A stretch of 46,011 nt of DNA from an uncultured Methanosarcinales archaeon. Its GTDB lineage: Archaea; Nanobdellota; Nanobdellia; Woesearchaeales; JAGVZT01. Below, piece after piece: positions 7,923 to 19,324 of the stretch. Below the pieces are notes generated by a model. That model was not told the DNA's origin. It was given only the letters and a program-made list of their open reading frames with translations, and ran no database searches. The stretch spans positions 1 through 46,011 of the forward strand of contig CAYQPU010000010.1 of NCBI GenBank assembly GCA_964419615.1. Reading direction: 5' to 3'. The stretch's first letter is position 1. Every line of letters starts with the position of its first letter. A program made the translations under genes and the position numbers.

Positions 7923-8825
7923 ATGAATACTAAAGAATTTTTAACACATCAATTTTTTTATGGAAAAGACATCCAGAAATGGATAACAGTTTTTGAAGAT
8001 CAGCCTTATAACAAAGTTCCTCTGATAAACCAAGCACTCCCTCTTGGAAGAGAAAGCTTTAGAGGTTATCCAATTGAATTCTTAACAAGAAAGGCTCATA
8101 TGGAACAATTCAAAAAAATGAGTGCATGGGAAGTTGTAAAAGAAGTTGCAAAAAAATGCCCAACAATGAGTAGACTCCCATATGAAGTCAGGCGCATTGC
8201 AGGTTCTGTAAATGTCAGCATAACAGAAGAACATTATGGTATAGAAAAAGAGGCATTTATTGACTGCTTAACTAAAGCAGCAGATCATTTCACAAGAGAT
8301 GCATCTCACCCAATTGATAGGCTAATTGCATCCCAAACAAGTGAACATGTAATGCCTAAAGGCTATCCTAATGTGGATGTGTATGTTGAAACATATATTC
8401 AAGGTTTCTCAGAGGACATCAATCTTTGGTGGAGTTTTATGTCTGAGAAAAACCGCTGGCTGAATGGAGTAAACACACCATATAAAGTAATGCAAACATT
8501 CTCAAAACATGATAACATCTTTGACAATGTCAGATACAATTTGTATGAGAGAGTAGAAAGAACTGGAGCGCTAGACTACTTGGAACCAGTTCTTGATGGT
8601 CGATTTCAATTGTTCATGCAAAAAGATAAGCCTGCAGCTTTTATCAGCTATATGTATAGAGATAATAGAACAATCATTGCATTTATTGATCCTGAAATTG
8701 AAGACATTAGTTACTGCAAAAGACTTCCTAGTTATCTAAAGCGCTACAAACACTTACAATCAATGAGTATTTTAGAGCATGATAAAGATCCTATTGTTCA
8801 TGAAGTTCAAGAAAAACAAACCTAA
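7923..8825 (+). CDS. Hypothetical protein
   Basis: About 300-aa ORF, divergent from Lrp. First ATG at 7923. Confidence 0.7.
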   Translation: MNTKEFLTHQFFYGKDIQKWITVFEDQPYNKVPLINQALPLGRESFRGYPIEFLTRKAHMEQFKKMSAWEVVKEVAKKCPTMSRLPYEVRRIAGSVNVSITEEHYGIEKEAFIDCLTKAADHFTRDASHPIDRLIASQTSEHVMPKGYPNVDVYVETYIQGFSEDINLWWSFMSEKNRWLNGVNTPYKVMQTFSKHDNIFDNVRYNLYERVERTGALDYLEPVLDGRFQLFMQKDKPAAFISYMYRDNRTIIAFIDPEIEDISYCKRLPSYLKRYKHLQSMSILEHDKDPIVHEVQEKQT

Positions 8826-9476
8826 TTATTCCTCAAATAATCCTTTAATAACAATCCTGGATCCACCAGTAAAACTAGTAATCCACCACATTGCATTCCA
8901 CAGAACCATATCTCCAAGATCTTGTTTTTTCTGGATTAATGTATCTGCATTTGCCTGATCATTATTCATATAAAAATTAGCTCTGCATTGTTCCTCTGCA
9001 GTTTCAATAACATAACCTAATCTCTCTCTGTATTCAGTCATAGCTTCAGGACTAGCTTCTTTTTGCACAGGTATCTGTGTAAGTAAACCAGAAATACTTT
9101 CTATATAATAATCACTCTGATAACCTAATTGGTCAGAATGTTCTACTGCAACCTGTAAGGCATCTGCTAACACCTTTCTTGCTTCTTTTGGTTCTGGATC
9201 AACTTCATAAGTCCAAAAAGGGAGAGTCCAAATTCTTTCAGTATGAACATCAAGTTGCTCATTTGCTTCACTTAATCTACCAATTAAAGATTTATTCTGT
9301 CCTGAGAAATTATTAATTCCAGCACACGTATCTCCACCTAATGTCTCAACAATGGGTGGAATATCCGATTTTGTATAATAAATACCATAATCTACAGCTT
9401 GTACAATAGCACCTACAGCCAAAACTCCTGCAATTCCTACATAACCATAAGCCAAAATTTTTAATATTCCTGTCAT
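8826..9476 (-). CDS. Hypothetical membrane-anchored protein
   Basis: N-terminal hydrophobic helix (ILAYGYVGIAGVLAVGAIV) and a second hydrophobic C-terminal segment. Confidence 0.65.
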   Translation of the reverse strand: MTGILKILAYGYVGIAGVLAVGAIVQAVDYGIYYTKSDIPPIVETLGGDTCAGINNFSGQNKSLIGRLSEANEQLDVHTERIWTLPFWTYEVDPEPKEARKVLADALQVAVEHSDQLGYQSDYYIESISGLLTQIPVQKEASPEAMTEYRERLGYVIETAEEQCRANFYMNNDQANADTLIQKKQDLGDMVLWNAMWWITSFTGGSRIVIKGLFEE

Positions 9477-9611
9477 TTTTATGTAATTAACTGATAATTC
9501 ATTCAAATTTAAATATTTAAACATATAATTAACCAGTATAATTGGAATTTTACCTATTATTTTCCTTTTTTTACGTAAGTCACATAATTATTATTAATAA
9601 AAAACCAATCT

Positions 9612-9649
9612 CACTGGACCACTGGACACTCAAGCATTAGGTTTTTAAA
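9612..9649 (+). promoter_or_regulatory. uvrA promoter with tandem direct repeat
   Basis: CACTGGAC x2 at 9612-9627, upstream of TTTTTAAA (9642-9649), which lies 30 nt before the uvrA ATG. Confidence 0.4.
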
Positions 9650-9671
9650 CACAGTGAAATAAGCTACATAT

Positions 9672-12470
9672 ATGGATAATATCATAATTAAAGGAGCTAG
9701 AGAACACAATCTTCAAAACATAGACATAACTCTTCCAAGAGACAAATTCATAGTCATAACAGGTTTATCTGGAAGTGGAAAATCAACTCTAGCATTTGAT
9801 ACATTATATGCAGAAGGCCAAAGAAGATATGTTGAATCATTATCTGCTTATGCAAGACAGTTTCTTGGCTTAATGAACAAACCAGATGTTGACAGCATAG
9901 AAGGATTATCTCCAGCAATATCAATACAGCAAAAAACAACCAGCAAAAACCCAAGAAGTACAGTTGGAACAGTAACTGAAATCTATGATTACCTAAGACT
10001 TCTATATGCACGAATTGGAATCCCACATTGCCCAATTCACAAAATAAAAATTGAAGCACAATCTCCTGAAAAAATATCAAAAAGAATACAGGCAGAAATC
10101 AAAGGAGAGGTAACAATCCTTGCTCCAATCATACGTCAAAAAAAAGGCACATATGAAAAATTAATCTTAGATCTAAATCAACAAGGATACACTAGAGTAA
10201 GAATAAACAAAAAAATACAAAGAACAGACAAAAAAATCAATCTAGATAGATACAAAAAACACGATATAGAAATTGTAATTGATAGATTGGATTCAAAGGA
10301 TAAATCCAGACTATCAGAAGCAATTGAAAATGCAATCTCTCACACAGAAGACATTGTAATAATCCTAGACAAAAACAACAAAGAACACTTATTTTCCTCA
10401 AAAATGGCTTGTCCAAAATGTGGCATGGCTTTTGAAGAACTAGAACCAAGAATGTTTTCATTTAACAGTCCATTTGGTGCCTGTCTAACTTGCAGTGGAT
10501 TAGGAGTTCTAATGGATTTTGATCCAGACCTAATCATACCAGACAGATCAATATCAATAGCAGACGGAGCAATAGCTGTATACAGAAATGCAATTGATGG
10601 TTGGCGAGGTCAATACCTTGGTGCAGTTGCAAGACACTTTGGCTTTGATGTATTCACACCAATAAGTTTTCTTTCAGATGAAAATGTGAATATTCTTCTA
10701 TATGGATCAAAAGAAAAAATCAAATTTAACATGACCATGAAAAATGGTGATGCTCAATGGTCACATAAAGGCTATTGGGAAGGATTAATACCTCAATCAG
10801 AAAGATTGTATCATCAAACAAAATCAGACTATAGAAGAAGAGAACTAAGCAAATTTATGAGAACAAAACAGTGTCCTGAATGTGAAGGTAAGAAACTGAA
10901 AAACAAAGTCTTGGCAGTCACAGTCTCAAATAAAACAATATCAGAAATCACTGACATGCCAATTAAAAACAGCATTAATTTCTTTAATAACCTAACACTT
11001 TCAGAAAAACAATCACAAATAGCAACACAAATCCTAAAAGAAATTAGAGAAAGATTAGAATTCTTGTCAAAAGTTGGACTTGAATATCTAACCTTATCAA
11101 GAAATGCAGGTTCCTTGTCTGGAGGCGAAGCTCAAAGAATAAGACTAGCAACTCAAATTGGGTCTAATTTAATGGGAGTAATGTACATACTTGATGAACC
11201 CTCCATTGGCCTACATCAAAGAGATAATCATAAACTAATAGACACACTCCACAGATTAAGAGACCTTGGCAACACACTGATTGTTGTGGAACATGACGAA
11301 GATACAATAAAAAGAGCAGATCATGTAATTGATCTTGGACCCGGTGCAGGGATCTTTGGTGGAAAAGTAATTGCACAGGGCACACCAAAACAAATTGAAA
11401 AAAATTCAAAATCTCTCACTGGTCAATACCTGGCTCAAAAACTGTTAATCCCTGTTCCTAACAAAAGAAAAAAATCAAATTCAACAATAACAATAGCAGG
11501 TTGTACTCATAACAACTTAAAAAATATTGAAGTAAAAATCCCAACCGGAATTCTAACACTAATCACTGGAGTTTCTGGTAGTGGAAAATCAACCTTAATC
11601 TATGAAATACTGTACAAAGGCATGATGAAAAAACTAAATAATTCAAGAATCATGCCTGGTAAACATAAATCAATAAAAAATGGCAATATTGACAAAGTAA
11701 TTGTCATAGATCAGAGTCCAATTGGAAAAACTCCTAGAAGTAATCCTGCAACCTATACAAAAGTATTTGATCATATCCGAAATTTATTTGCATCGACAAG
11801 CGAAGCAAAAATAAGAGGTTATAAACCAGGAAGATTCTCATTTAATGTTATAGGTGGAAGATGCGAAGCTTGTAGTGGAGACGGTCTGATAAAAATTGAA
11901 ATGAATTTTCTGCCTGATGTATATGTGGAATGTGAAGAATGCAAAAGCAAACGCTACAATGAAGAAACCTTGGAAGTTAAATTCAAAAATCATTCAATCT
12001 CAGATATTCTAAACATGTCAATTGATGAAGCAATAAAAGTATTTGAAAACATTCCCCCAATTAAGAGAAAACTTGACACACTTGTAAGTGTAGGTTTGGG
12101 ATACATAAAACTAGGTCAGAGTTCAACCACACTTTCAGGAGGCGAAGCTCAGAGAATCAAACTAACAAGAGAACTCTCAAAAAATGCAACAGGAAACACA
12201 TTATACTTGCTTGATGAACCAACAACTGGTCTGCATTTTCATGATGTAAGCAAACTAATCAAAGTACTTAATGATCTGGTAGAAAAAGGTAATTCAGTTG
12301 TTGTAATCGAACATAACTTAGATGTAATCAAATCAGCAGATCATATAATTGATCTTGGACCTGAAGGTGGAGATGAAGGAGGGACAATAGTAGCACAGGG
12401 AACACCTGAACAGGTTGCAGATAGCAAAATATCTTATACTGGGCAATTCTTAAAACCTTTGTTAAAATGA
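9672..12470 (+). CDS. uvrA: Excinuclease ABC subunit A
   Basis: Two ABC modules (GLSGSGKS, GVSGSGKS, LSGGEAQRI, LDEP) and CxxC zinc sites. Confidence 0.99.
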   Translation: MDNIIIKGAREHNLQNIDITLPRDKFIVITGLSGSGKSTLAFDTLYAEGQRRYVESLSAYARQFLGLMNKPDVDSIEGLSPAISIQQKTTSKNPRSTVGTVTEIYDYLRLLYARIGIPHCPIHKIKIEAQSPEKISKRIQAEIKGEVTILAPIIRQKKGTYEKLILDLNQQGYTRVRINKKIQRTDKKINLDRYKKHDIEIVIDRLDSKDKSRLSEAIENAISHTEDIVIILDKNNKEHLFSSKMACPKCGMAFEELEPRMFSFNSPFGACLTCSGLGVLMDFDPDLIIPDRSISIADGAIAVYRNAIDGWRGQYLGAVARHFGFDVFTPISFLSDENVNILLYGSKEKIKFNMTMKNGDAQWSHKGYWEGLIPQSERLYHQTKSDYRRRELSKFMRTKQCPECEGKKLKNKVLAVTVSNKTISEITDMPIKNSINFFNNLTLSEKQSQIATQILKEIRERLEFLSKVGLEYLTLSRNAGSLSGGEAQRIRLATQIGSNLMGVMYILDEPSIGLHQRDNHKLIDTLHRLRDLGNTLIVVEHDEDTIKRADHVIDLGPGAGIFGGKVIAQGTPKQIEKNSKSLTGQYLAQKLLIPVPNKRKKSNSTITIAGCTHNNLKNIEVKIPTGILTLITGVSGSGKSTLIYEILYKGMMKKLNNSRIMPGKHKSIKNGNIDKVIVIDQSPIGKTPRSNPATYTKVFDHIRNLFASTSEAKIRGYKPGRFSFNVIGGRCEACSGDGLIKIEMNFLPDVYVECEECKSKRYNEETLEVKFKNHSISDILNMSIDEAIKVFENIPPIKRKLDTLVSVGLGYIKLGQSSTTLSGGEAQRIKLTRELSKNATGNTLYLLDEPTTGLHFHDVSKLIKVLNDLVEKGNSVVVIEHNLDVIKSADHIIDLGPEGGDEGGTIVAQGTPEQVADSKISYTGQFLKPLLK

Positions 12471-14026
12471 TCTATACTCAAAATCTTCCATCTAAGCCAG
12501 GATGTTATTTATTCAAAGATTCTTCCAATAAAATATTATATGTAGGGAAAGCAAAAGACCTAAAAAAAAGAGTCAAAAGCTATTATAACAGGACAGTTGA
12601 TAAAAAAACTGAACTCTTAATTAAAAAAGCAGAAAATATTGATTTTATTGTAACTGACACAGAAGTTGAATCATTAATCCTTGAAAACACTTTAATTAAG
12701 AAACATAAACCAAAGTACAACATCAATCTAAAAGACTCAAAAAAATATGCTTACATTAAACTTACAAATGAGCAATTCCCAAAGTTAGTTGTAGCAAGAA
12801 AAAGAACAGATGATTCAAAATATTTTGGTCCATTTGTATCTGCTGTGAATAGGGATTATGTACTAGAAGTACTCAAAAGAACCTTTAAAATAAGAACCTG
12901 CAAACGTCTCCCAAAAAAAGCATGCTTAAGATATCATATTGGACTATGTGATGCGCCATGTGTTGGAAACATCACTGAACATGATTACAATGAACAAATA
13001 GATTCAGCTATCAGTGTTCTTAAAGGCCATACCAAGGAACTAATAACCTATCTTAAAAAACAAATGCAAATAAATTCTACAAACAAAAACTATGAAAAAG
13101 CAAAAACATATCGAGATCAAATAGTATCAATAGAGTCTTTGCAAGAAAAACAAATAATGGATAGAAACAAAAAGTATGACGAAGACATAATTAATTACAT
13201 AATCAAAGACTCAAGGATCTATTTAATTGTTTTCAGCATTCATAGAGGAATTTTGGAAAACAAAAATGAATTTGAATTTGATCATAACCCTGACTTTTTT
13301 GAAGAATTCATAATACAATATTATTCCATTAATCCCATTCCAAAGGAATTGGTTCTTCCTCAAACTATATCCTCACCATTAATAGACTATTTGTCAGAAA
13401 AGAAAAAAAGTAAAGTTCATTTAACAGTCCCAAAAAAAGGTGAGAAAAAAAAGCTACTTGAACTTGTACAAAAAAACATTGAAATATCTTTTTTTGGTAA
13501 TCTATTGGCACTTGCAGAACTGCAAAAAGTACTTGGATTGCAAGAAACACCAAAAGTAATAGAATGCTTTGACATATCTCACACAGCAGGAACGCACATT
13601 GTTGGTTCAATGGTTCAATTTAGAAATGGAAAACCAGACAAAACCAATTATAGACGATTTAAAATAAAAACAATAACAGAATCAGATGATGCTGGGTGCA
13701 TAGCTGAAGTTGTGAAAAGAAGATACTCTAGACTCATAAATGAGAAACAGCCACTTCCAGATTTGGTAGTAATTGACGGTGGAAAACCTCAGTTGAATGC
13801 TAGCTTGAGAGTAATGACTGAAATTGGAGTCAGAATACCAATAATTGCTCTGGCCAAAAAACTAGAAGAAATATATTTTCCAGGAAACCCACATCCATTA
13901 AAACTAGCAAGAAATAATAAGGCACTGCAATTACTCCAAAGATTAAGGGATGAAGCACACAGATTTGCAATCACATATCACAAGTTACTTAGAAAAAAAC
14001 AAATAAGAAATGAAAATGGAATTTAA
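12467..14026 (+). CDS. uvrC: Excinuclease ABC subunit C (lacks the C-terminal HhH2 domain)
   Basis: GIY-YIG (PGCYLF...YVGKAKDL), UVR domain, RNase H-like domain (IECFDISH, VIDGG, RDEAHRFA). Confidence 0.97.
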   Translation: MIYTQNLPSKPGCYLFKDSSNKILYVGKAKDLKKRVKSYYNRTVDKKTELLIKKAENIDFIVTDTEVESLILENTLIKKHKPKYNINLKDSKKYAYIKLTNEQFPKLVVARKRTDDSKYFGPFVSAVNRDYVLEVLKRTFKIRTCKRLPKKACLRYHIGLCDAPCVGNITEHDYNEQIDSAISVLKGHTKELITYLKKQMQINSTNKNYEKAKTYRDQIVSIESLQEKQIMDRNKKYDEDIINYIIKDSRIYLIVFSIHRGILENKNEFEFDHNPDFFEEFIIQYYSINPIPKELVLPQTISSPLIDYLSEKKKSKVHLTVPKKGEKKKLLELVQKNIEISFFGNLLALAELQKVLGLQETPKVIECFDISHTAGTHIVGSMVQFRNGKPDKTNYRRFKIKTITESDDAGCIAEVVKRRYSRLINEKQPLPDLVVIDGGKPQLNASLRVMTEIGVRIPIIALAKKLEEIYFPGNPHPLKLARNNKALQLLQRLRDEAHRFAITYHKLLRKKQIRNENGI

Positions 14027-15950
14027 ACTAAATTCAGAATTCAAACCAAAGGGGTCCCAGCCAGAGGCAATAAAAAAGCTAGTCCAGGGAATAAAAAATA
14101 AAAAACTAGCTCAAACATTACTAGGAGTAACTGGCTCTGGGAAAACATTCACAATTGCAAATCTAATTGAAAAAACACAAAAACCAACTCTGGTTATAGC
14201 ACACAACAAAACCCTAGCAGCTCAATTATACAATGAATTTAAAGAATTCTTCCCAAACAACAGAGTTGAGTACTTTGTGTCATACTATGATTATTATCAA
14301 CCGGAATCTTATCTTCCAGCAAAAGACATGTACATAGAAAAAGATGCTCAAATCAATCCCAAGATAGAACAAATGAGACTATCAGCAACAACATCCCTAC
14401 TAAAAAGAAAAGATGTGATAATTGTTGCATCTGTATCCTGCATATACAGTGTTGGTAATCCTAAAGACTATAAAGAAATAGGATTTGAGCTAAGCAAAGG
14501 ATTATCAATAAACAGAAATGAGATCCTAAAAAGACTTGTAACAATACAATATGAAAGAAATGACATAGAACTTTTTCCTGGAAAATTCAGAGTAAAAGGA
14601 GATACAATCGATGTTATCCCAGGTTATCTAAACAACATAATCCGAGTTGAGATGTTTGGCAACAAAGTTGAAAAAATAACTGAACTAGATAAGGTCACAC
14701 ATGAACCAGTTGAAGAATATGATAAATTATACATATTCCCAGCAAAGCATTTTGTAATACCACAGGAAAAAATAATTGAAGCCACAAAATCAATTGGCTT
14801 AGAACTTGACAAAACTTTACCAAATCTTGAAATGATGGAAGCCCATCGTCTAAAAAAGAGGACATTATATGACATTGACATGCTCCATGAAACTGGTTTT
14901 TGTAAAGGAGTAGAAAACTACAGTAGACACTTTGATGGAAGATCTCCAGGACAAAGACCATATTGTTTATTAGACTATTTTCCAAAAGATTTTATGATTG
15001 TAATTGATGAAAGCCATCAAACTCTTCCTCAAGTCAGAGCAATGTACAAAGGAGATTTATCAAGAAAACAAAATCTGATTGAATATGGTTTCAGACTTCC
15101 ATCAGCACTTGATAACAGACCATTAAAATTTGAAGAATTTGAGCAACTTATGAAAAAACAATCAACAATATTTGTATCTGCAACTCCCGGACCTTACGAA
15201 CATGAAAACTCAAAACAAATAGTGGAGCAAATAATCCGGCCAACTGGTTTAGTAGACCCACAAGTATTTGTCAGACCAATTAAAGGTCAAATTCAAGATC
15301 TAAAAAAGGAAATTCAAGCAACTATCAAAAGAGGGGAAAGAGTTCTTGTTACCACACTGACCAAAAAACTTGCAGAAGAACTTGCAGATTATTTTGCAGA
15401 ACAAAAAATCAAAACAAGATACCTTCACTCAGAAATTGATACTATAGAAAGAACAGAAATAATCAGAGAACTAAGACTAGGAGTGTTTGATGTATTAGTT
15501 GGAATAAACCTATTAAGAGAAGGCCTTGACATACCCGAAGTTGGTTTTATTGGAATCTTAGATGCAGACAAAGAAGGCTTCTTACGAGATGCAAGATCAT
15601 TAATCCAGATAATTGGAAGAGCAGCAAGAAACGTGAATTCAACTGTTGTTTTGTATGCAGACAAAATGACAGACTCAATGAAATCCGCGATTGGTGAAAC
15701 TAACAGAAGAAGAGAACTCCAGGTTGAATACAATAAAAAGCATAACATTATTCCAAAAACAATAATAAAACCTGTAAAAGAAAAAACAATAGAAATCCAA
15801 GACATCAAACACATTCCTAAAGCAGACATTCCAAACCTTATAATTGAACTAGAAGCTGATATGAAAGAAGCTGCAGATGTTTTGGATTTTGAAAGGGCAA
15901 TATTTCTAAGGAATAAGGTAAATAAGTTAAAGAAAAGAATAAAAAATTAG
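14010..15950 (+). CDS. uvrB: Excinuclease ABC subunit B
   Basis: [16 protein letters not shown] beta-hairpin, [22 protein letters not shown]-terminal UVR domain. Confidence 0.99.
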   Translation: MKMEFKLNSEFKPKGSQPEAIKKLVQGIKNKKLAQTLLGVTGSGKTFTIANLIEKTQKPTLVIAHNKTLAAQLYNEFKEFFPNNRVEYFVSYYDYYQPESYLPAKDMYIEKDAQINPKIEQMRLSATTSLLKRKDVIIVASVSCIYSVGNPKDYKEIGFELSKGLSINRNEILKRLVTIQYERNDIELFPGKFRVKGDTIDVIPGYLNNIIRVEMFGNKVEKITELDKVTHEPVEEYDKLYIFPAKHFVIPQEKIIEATKSIGLELDKTLPNLEMMEAHRLKKRTLYDIDMLHETGFCKGVENYSRHFDGRSPGQRPYCLLDYFPKDFMIVIDESHQTLPQVRAMYKGDLSRKQNLIEYGFRLPSALDNRPLKFEEFEQLMKKQSTIFVSATPGPYEHENSKQIVEQIIRPTGLVDPQVFVRPIKGQIQDLKKEIQATIKRGERVLVTTLTKKLAEELADYFAEQKIKTRYLHSEIDTIERTEIIRELRLGVFDVLVGINLLREGLDIPEVGFIGILDADKEGFLRDARSLIQIIGRAARNVNSTVVLYADKMTDSMKSAIGETNRRRELQVEYNKKHNIIPKTIIKPVKEKTIEIQDIKHIPKADIPNLIIELEADMKEAADVLDFERAIFLRNKVNKLKKRIKN

Positions 15951-16258
15951 TTTTCTAACATTTCGATCTCAATATTCAACCCTTCTGGAATCGGAACTCT
16001 CATGACAAGTCTTAATGCTCTTTCATCCACTCCAAGATCTATTAATCTTTTATGAATACGCATCTCAAACCTATCAAAAGTAGCTGTTCCATCTCCAGAT
16101 GGACCCTTTCGGGTGGTGACTTTGAGCTTTTTTGTGGGTAGAGGAATTGGTCCTCTCATATCTACTCCTGTCTTCTCTGCTATCTCTCGGATCTGATCAC
16201 AGGTCTCATTGACCTTGTCAATATCCGTACTCGCTATTTTTATTCTTGCTTTTTGCAT
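15947..16258 (-). CDS. rps10: 30S ribosomal protein S10 (uS10)
   Basis: [10 protein letters not shown]...[12 protein letters not shown]; downstream of tuf. Confidence 0.98.
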   Translation of the reverse strand: MQKARIKIASTDIDKVNETCDQIREIAEKTGVDMRGPIPLPTKKLKVTTRKGPSGDGTATFDRFEMRIHKRLIDLGVDERALRLVMRVPIPEGLNIEIEMLEN

Positions 16259-16304
16259 TTTACCCACATGTGTAAGCTCAGCTCACCATGCTAAATATAA
16301 AAAT

Positions 16305-17588
16305 TTAATTCTTTTTTGTCAGACTGATACACATTCCAGCTGCAACAGTTGTACCAGAATCTCTGATAGCAAATCTCGCCATTTGTGGAATTTCTTTTTG
16401 TGTTTCAAGCACTACTGGTTGAACTGGCTTAATCTTGACAATTGCAGCATCTCCATTCTTAATAAAGTCTGGATTCTCTTGAAGAGTTTCACCTGTTTTT
16501 GGGTCCATCTTCTTTTCAATTGCTGTAATTTGACAAGCCACCTGAGCTGTATGAATATGGAACACTGGTGTGTAACCAACAGTCACAACAGTTGGATGGT
16601 TAAGCACAATAATCTGCGCTGTAAATTCAGTTACAACAGAAGGTTGATCTTCTTCTGGTCCAATAACATCTCCTCTTGCAACATCTTTTTTACCAAAACC
16701 TCGAATATTAAAGCCAATATTGTCTCCAGGAATAGCTTCTTGGAATTGCTCATGGTGCATTTCAATACTTTTACATTCACCAACAATACCTTTTCCTTCT
16801 CTACCCGGTACAGCTATCACTTTTTGACCAACCTTCATTGTTCCTGTTTCAACTCTTCCAACACAAACAACTCCAATTCCTTTGATATTGTAAATATCTT
16901 GGATAGGTAGTCTTAATGGTAAGTTAGTTGGTTTATCAGGAACTTTTAAGTTGTCAACAGCTTCAAATAGAGTAGGACCTTTGTACCAGTCCATATTCTC
17001 GCTCTTATTGAAAACATTATCTCCTTTTAATCCTGAAGTTGGAACAAATGGAACCTCCTCAGGTTTATAACCAACAGTTTTTAATAAATCTTCAGTTGCC
17101 TTTTTAACAGCATCAAACTTTGCTTGGTCAAATTTGACAACATCCATTTTGTTAACAATAACTATTAACTGGTTTACACCAAGAGTTCTTGCTAAGAAAA
17201 CATGTTCTTTAGTTTGAGCCATGACTCCGTCATTAGCTGCAACAACCAAAACACCTGCATCTGCTTGTGCAGCGCCTGTAATCATGTTTTTGACAAAATC
17301 TCTGTGTCCAGGTGCGTCAATAATTGTGAAACTGAATTTTGGTGTTTCAAACTTCTTATGAGCCAAATCAATTGTAACTCCTCTTTCTCTTTCTTCTTTA
17401 AGCTTATCCATCACATAGGCAAACTCAAAACCTGGCTTACCAAGCTCTTTTGCCAAATCAGTCAACTTTCTCATGGTTTGTTCATCAATATTCTTTGAGT
17501 CAAATAACAATCTACCCAAAGTTGTGGATTTACCATGATCTACATGTCCTATAAACACAAGGTTCATATGTTCTTTCTTACTTGCCAT
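16305..17588 (-). CDS. tuf: Translation elongation factor EF-1alpha
   Basis: [26 protein letters not shown]; archaeal type. SD GAGGTG upstream. Confidence 0.99.
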   Translation of the reverse strand: MASKKEHMNLVFIGHVDHGKSTTLGRLLFDSKNIDEQTMRKLTDLAKELGKPGFEFAYVMDKLKEERERGVTIDLAHKKFETPKFSFTIIDAPGHRDFVKNMITGAAQADAGVLVVAANDGVMAQTKEHVFLARTLGVNQLIVIVNKMDVVKFDQAKFDAVKKATEDLLKTVGYKPEEVPFVPTSGLKGDNVFNKSENMDWYKGPTLFEAVDNLKVPDKPTNLPLRLPIQDIYNIKGIGVVCVGRVETGTMKVGQKVIAVPGREGKGIVGECKSIEMHHEQFQEAIPGDNIGFNIRGFGKKDVARGDVIGPEEDQPSVVTEFTAQIIVLNHPTVVTVGYTPVFHIHTAQVACQITAIEKKMDPKTGETLQENPDFIKNGDAAIVKIKPVQPVVLETQKEIPQMARFAIRDSGTTVAAGMCISLTKKN

Positions 17589-17731
17589 TTTTTAACCCCA
17601 CCTCATTAATATAATCATTTAGTGAATGGGAGGTGTAGACCTATATTTATAAATATTTCGCTAATATAAATATTAAACGAGCAATTGCAGCTCATCCCTA
17701 GAAAAATTCAAAAAATCAGATATTTTAGTTT

Positions 17732-19282
17732 TTATTTAACTTTCTGCACAGGAACCAGAGTCTCATTATATATATTCAGAAAAACCGGATTAACCTTAAC
17801 ATAATATATGGGCTCATCAGCTTTATGCATGAAATCAGCTAAACCAGCGCTTGTATTCAATCCCAAATCATATCTCTCATTTAAGTTCTCCCTGTACCAC
17901 TCTAATTCCAATAAATCTCGATATATAACCACTAGATCCTCTCTTTTTTGCTCACAAACCTGATAATACCAAACCACAAAACACTGGTCATCATACTCAC
18001 ATATCAAAGTGACATTTTCAGGTAACTGAAATATATACTCTGCAAAAAGCTCAGTTTGGTAAAAACCACTTCGATCCAGATCCTGTGGATATAATAAATG
18101 ATAAACAAGTGGTGTGTTTTTATCATCATTTAAAATAAGATCATAGCTATCCACCTGCACAACCTGGGGATAAATAAAAAGAATTTTAATCAGAATCAAA
18201 CCAGCAATAACAACAACAGCACCTTTCACATCCCTTAGGTGTTTTATCAGCATCAAAACTCCAAAAGCAATCAGAACTGCAAAAACAAAATAGCTTGGTA
18301 GAAAATGCACAACCAGATCATAGGTATAATAATTAACAAATTGAATCACATTAACAAACATAATCATACTAAACAATAAAAGTATTTTTTTATCAGTGTT
18401 CCAAAGATAATAGATCCCAATAAGACTCAGACCTAGCAGCAAAGGGAATTGTCTTAATAAAAACACAAAGAACAACCTAAACTGATGGCCAACTTGAGAT
18501 CCTGGCAAAGAATAAAACCTCCAATGATTATCCTTATCACTAATCAAATCAATAAAATTCCCAAAAGTTTCAGGGTTCCCCCAATCTATTGCTGGATCAA
18601 ACGCAGAAGCTATTGGCAAATACAAATATAAGCTAAATGGAATCATAAACAACAAAAACATTGTTGCAACCAGCTTTAAATTAACCTTGCGATTCCACAA
18701 AATAAAAACAATAAATGCTGGAGCTAAATTAATATTTGAAAGATGGTGTGAAACAGCAAAACCATAAATTAAGCAAAACAAAAACAAATTTTTTTTGCCC
18801 TTTGTTTTACTCCACCTGATAATCCAATAAATGGACAAACTCATTAAAAAAACACTTAAAGTATAAACCTCAGTAATAGTAGCTTGACTCCAAAAAGTAT
18901 ATGATGTCCCAAACAAAACAGCAGCAAGTAAACTGATTTTTTCATCAGCAAATTCCTTTACAATCAAATAAACAACAGAAACAGCCAAAGCTCCAAAAAA
19001 AGCTGACATCAAGTTAATTCTTACTGCGATACTCCCTATTGGAATTAATGTAAATAATTTACCAATCAAGATATATAAAGGATAGCCTGGCCACTGAGCA
19101 ACACCAGTTGAGCAAATCGCAGCAGTAAGTTCACCAGAATCTCCCCAAAAAACTGATGGAGATAAAGTTCTTAAGTAAAGTAAGAAAAACACAATAAAGA
19201 TTCCAACTGGGAAAATGAACCAAGGGATTTTTTTTGGCACAAATTTAGTAAATTGCTTTTTAATCCTTTTTTTAAAGTTCAT
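17732..19282 (-). CDS. DUF2723/TMEM260-like GT-C glycosyltransferase (putative protein O-mannosyltransferase)
   Basis: Polytopic membrane protein with GDSGEL...GVAQWPGYPLY, HHLS and WGNP motifs. Confidence 0.8.
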   Translation of the reverse strand: MNFKKRIKKQFTKFVPKKIPWFIFPVGIFIVFFLLYLRTLSPSVFWGDSGELTAAICSTGVAQWPGYPLYILIGKLFTLIPIGSIAVRINLMSAFFGALAVSVVYLIVKEFADEKISLLAAVLFGTSYTFWSQATITEVYTLSVFLMSLSIYWIIRWSKTKGKKNLFLFCLIYGFAVSHHLSNINLAPAFIVFILWNRKVNLKLVATMFLLFMIPFSLYLYLPIASAFDPAIDWGNPETFGNFIDLISDKDNHWRFYSLPGSQVGHQFRLFFVFLLRQFPLLLGLSLIGIYYLWNTDKKILLLFSMIMFVNVIQFVNYYTYDLVVHFLPSYFVFAVLIAFGVLMLIKHLRDVKGAVVVIAGLILIKILFIYPQVVQVDSYDLILNDDKNTPLVYHLLYPQDLDRSGFYQTELFAEYIFQLPENVTLICEYDDQCFVVWYYQVCEQKREDLVVIYRDLLELEWYRENLNERYDLGLNTSAGLADFMHKADEPIYYVKVNPVFLNIYNETLVPVQKVK

Positions 19283-19324
19283 AACATTAATTTGGCAATA
19301 GGGTTATATAATTATTTCTAAGAA

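Noticed and set aside
16268-16300. K-turn/K-loop-like AGC-ATGGTGA-G-CTGA-GCT between tuf and rps10
   Set aside because: The box C position has GG instead of the required GA and the loop is too short; not supportable.
9754-17498. Short antisense or alternate-frame ORFs within uvrA, uvrC, uvrB and tuf (e.g. 16209-16910)
   Set aside because: Shadow ORFs of well-conserved genes with no motifs.
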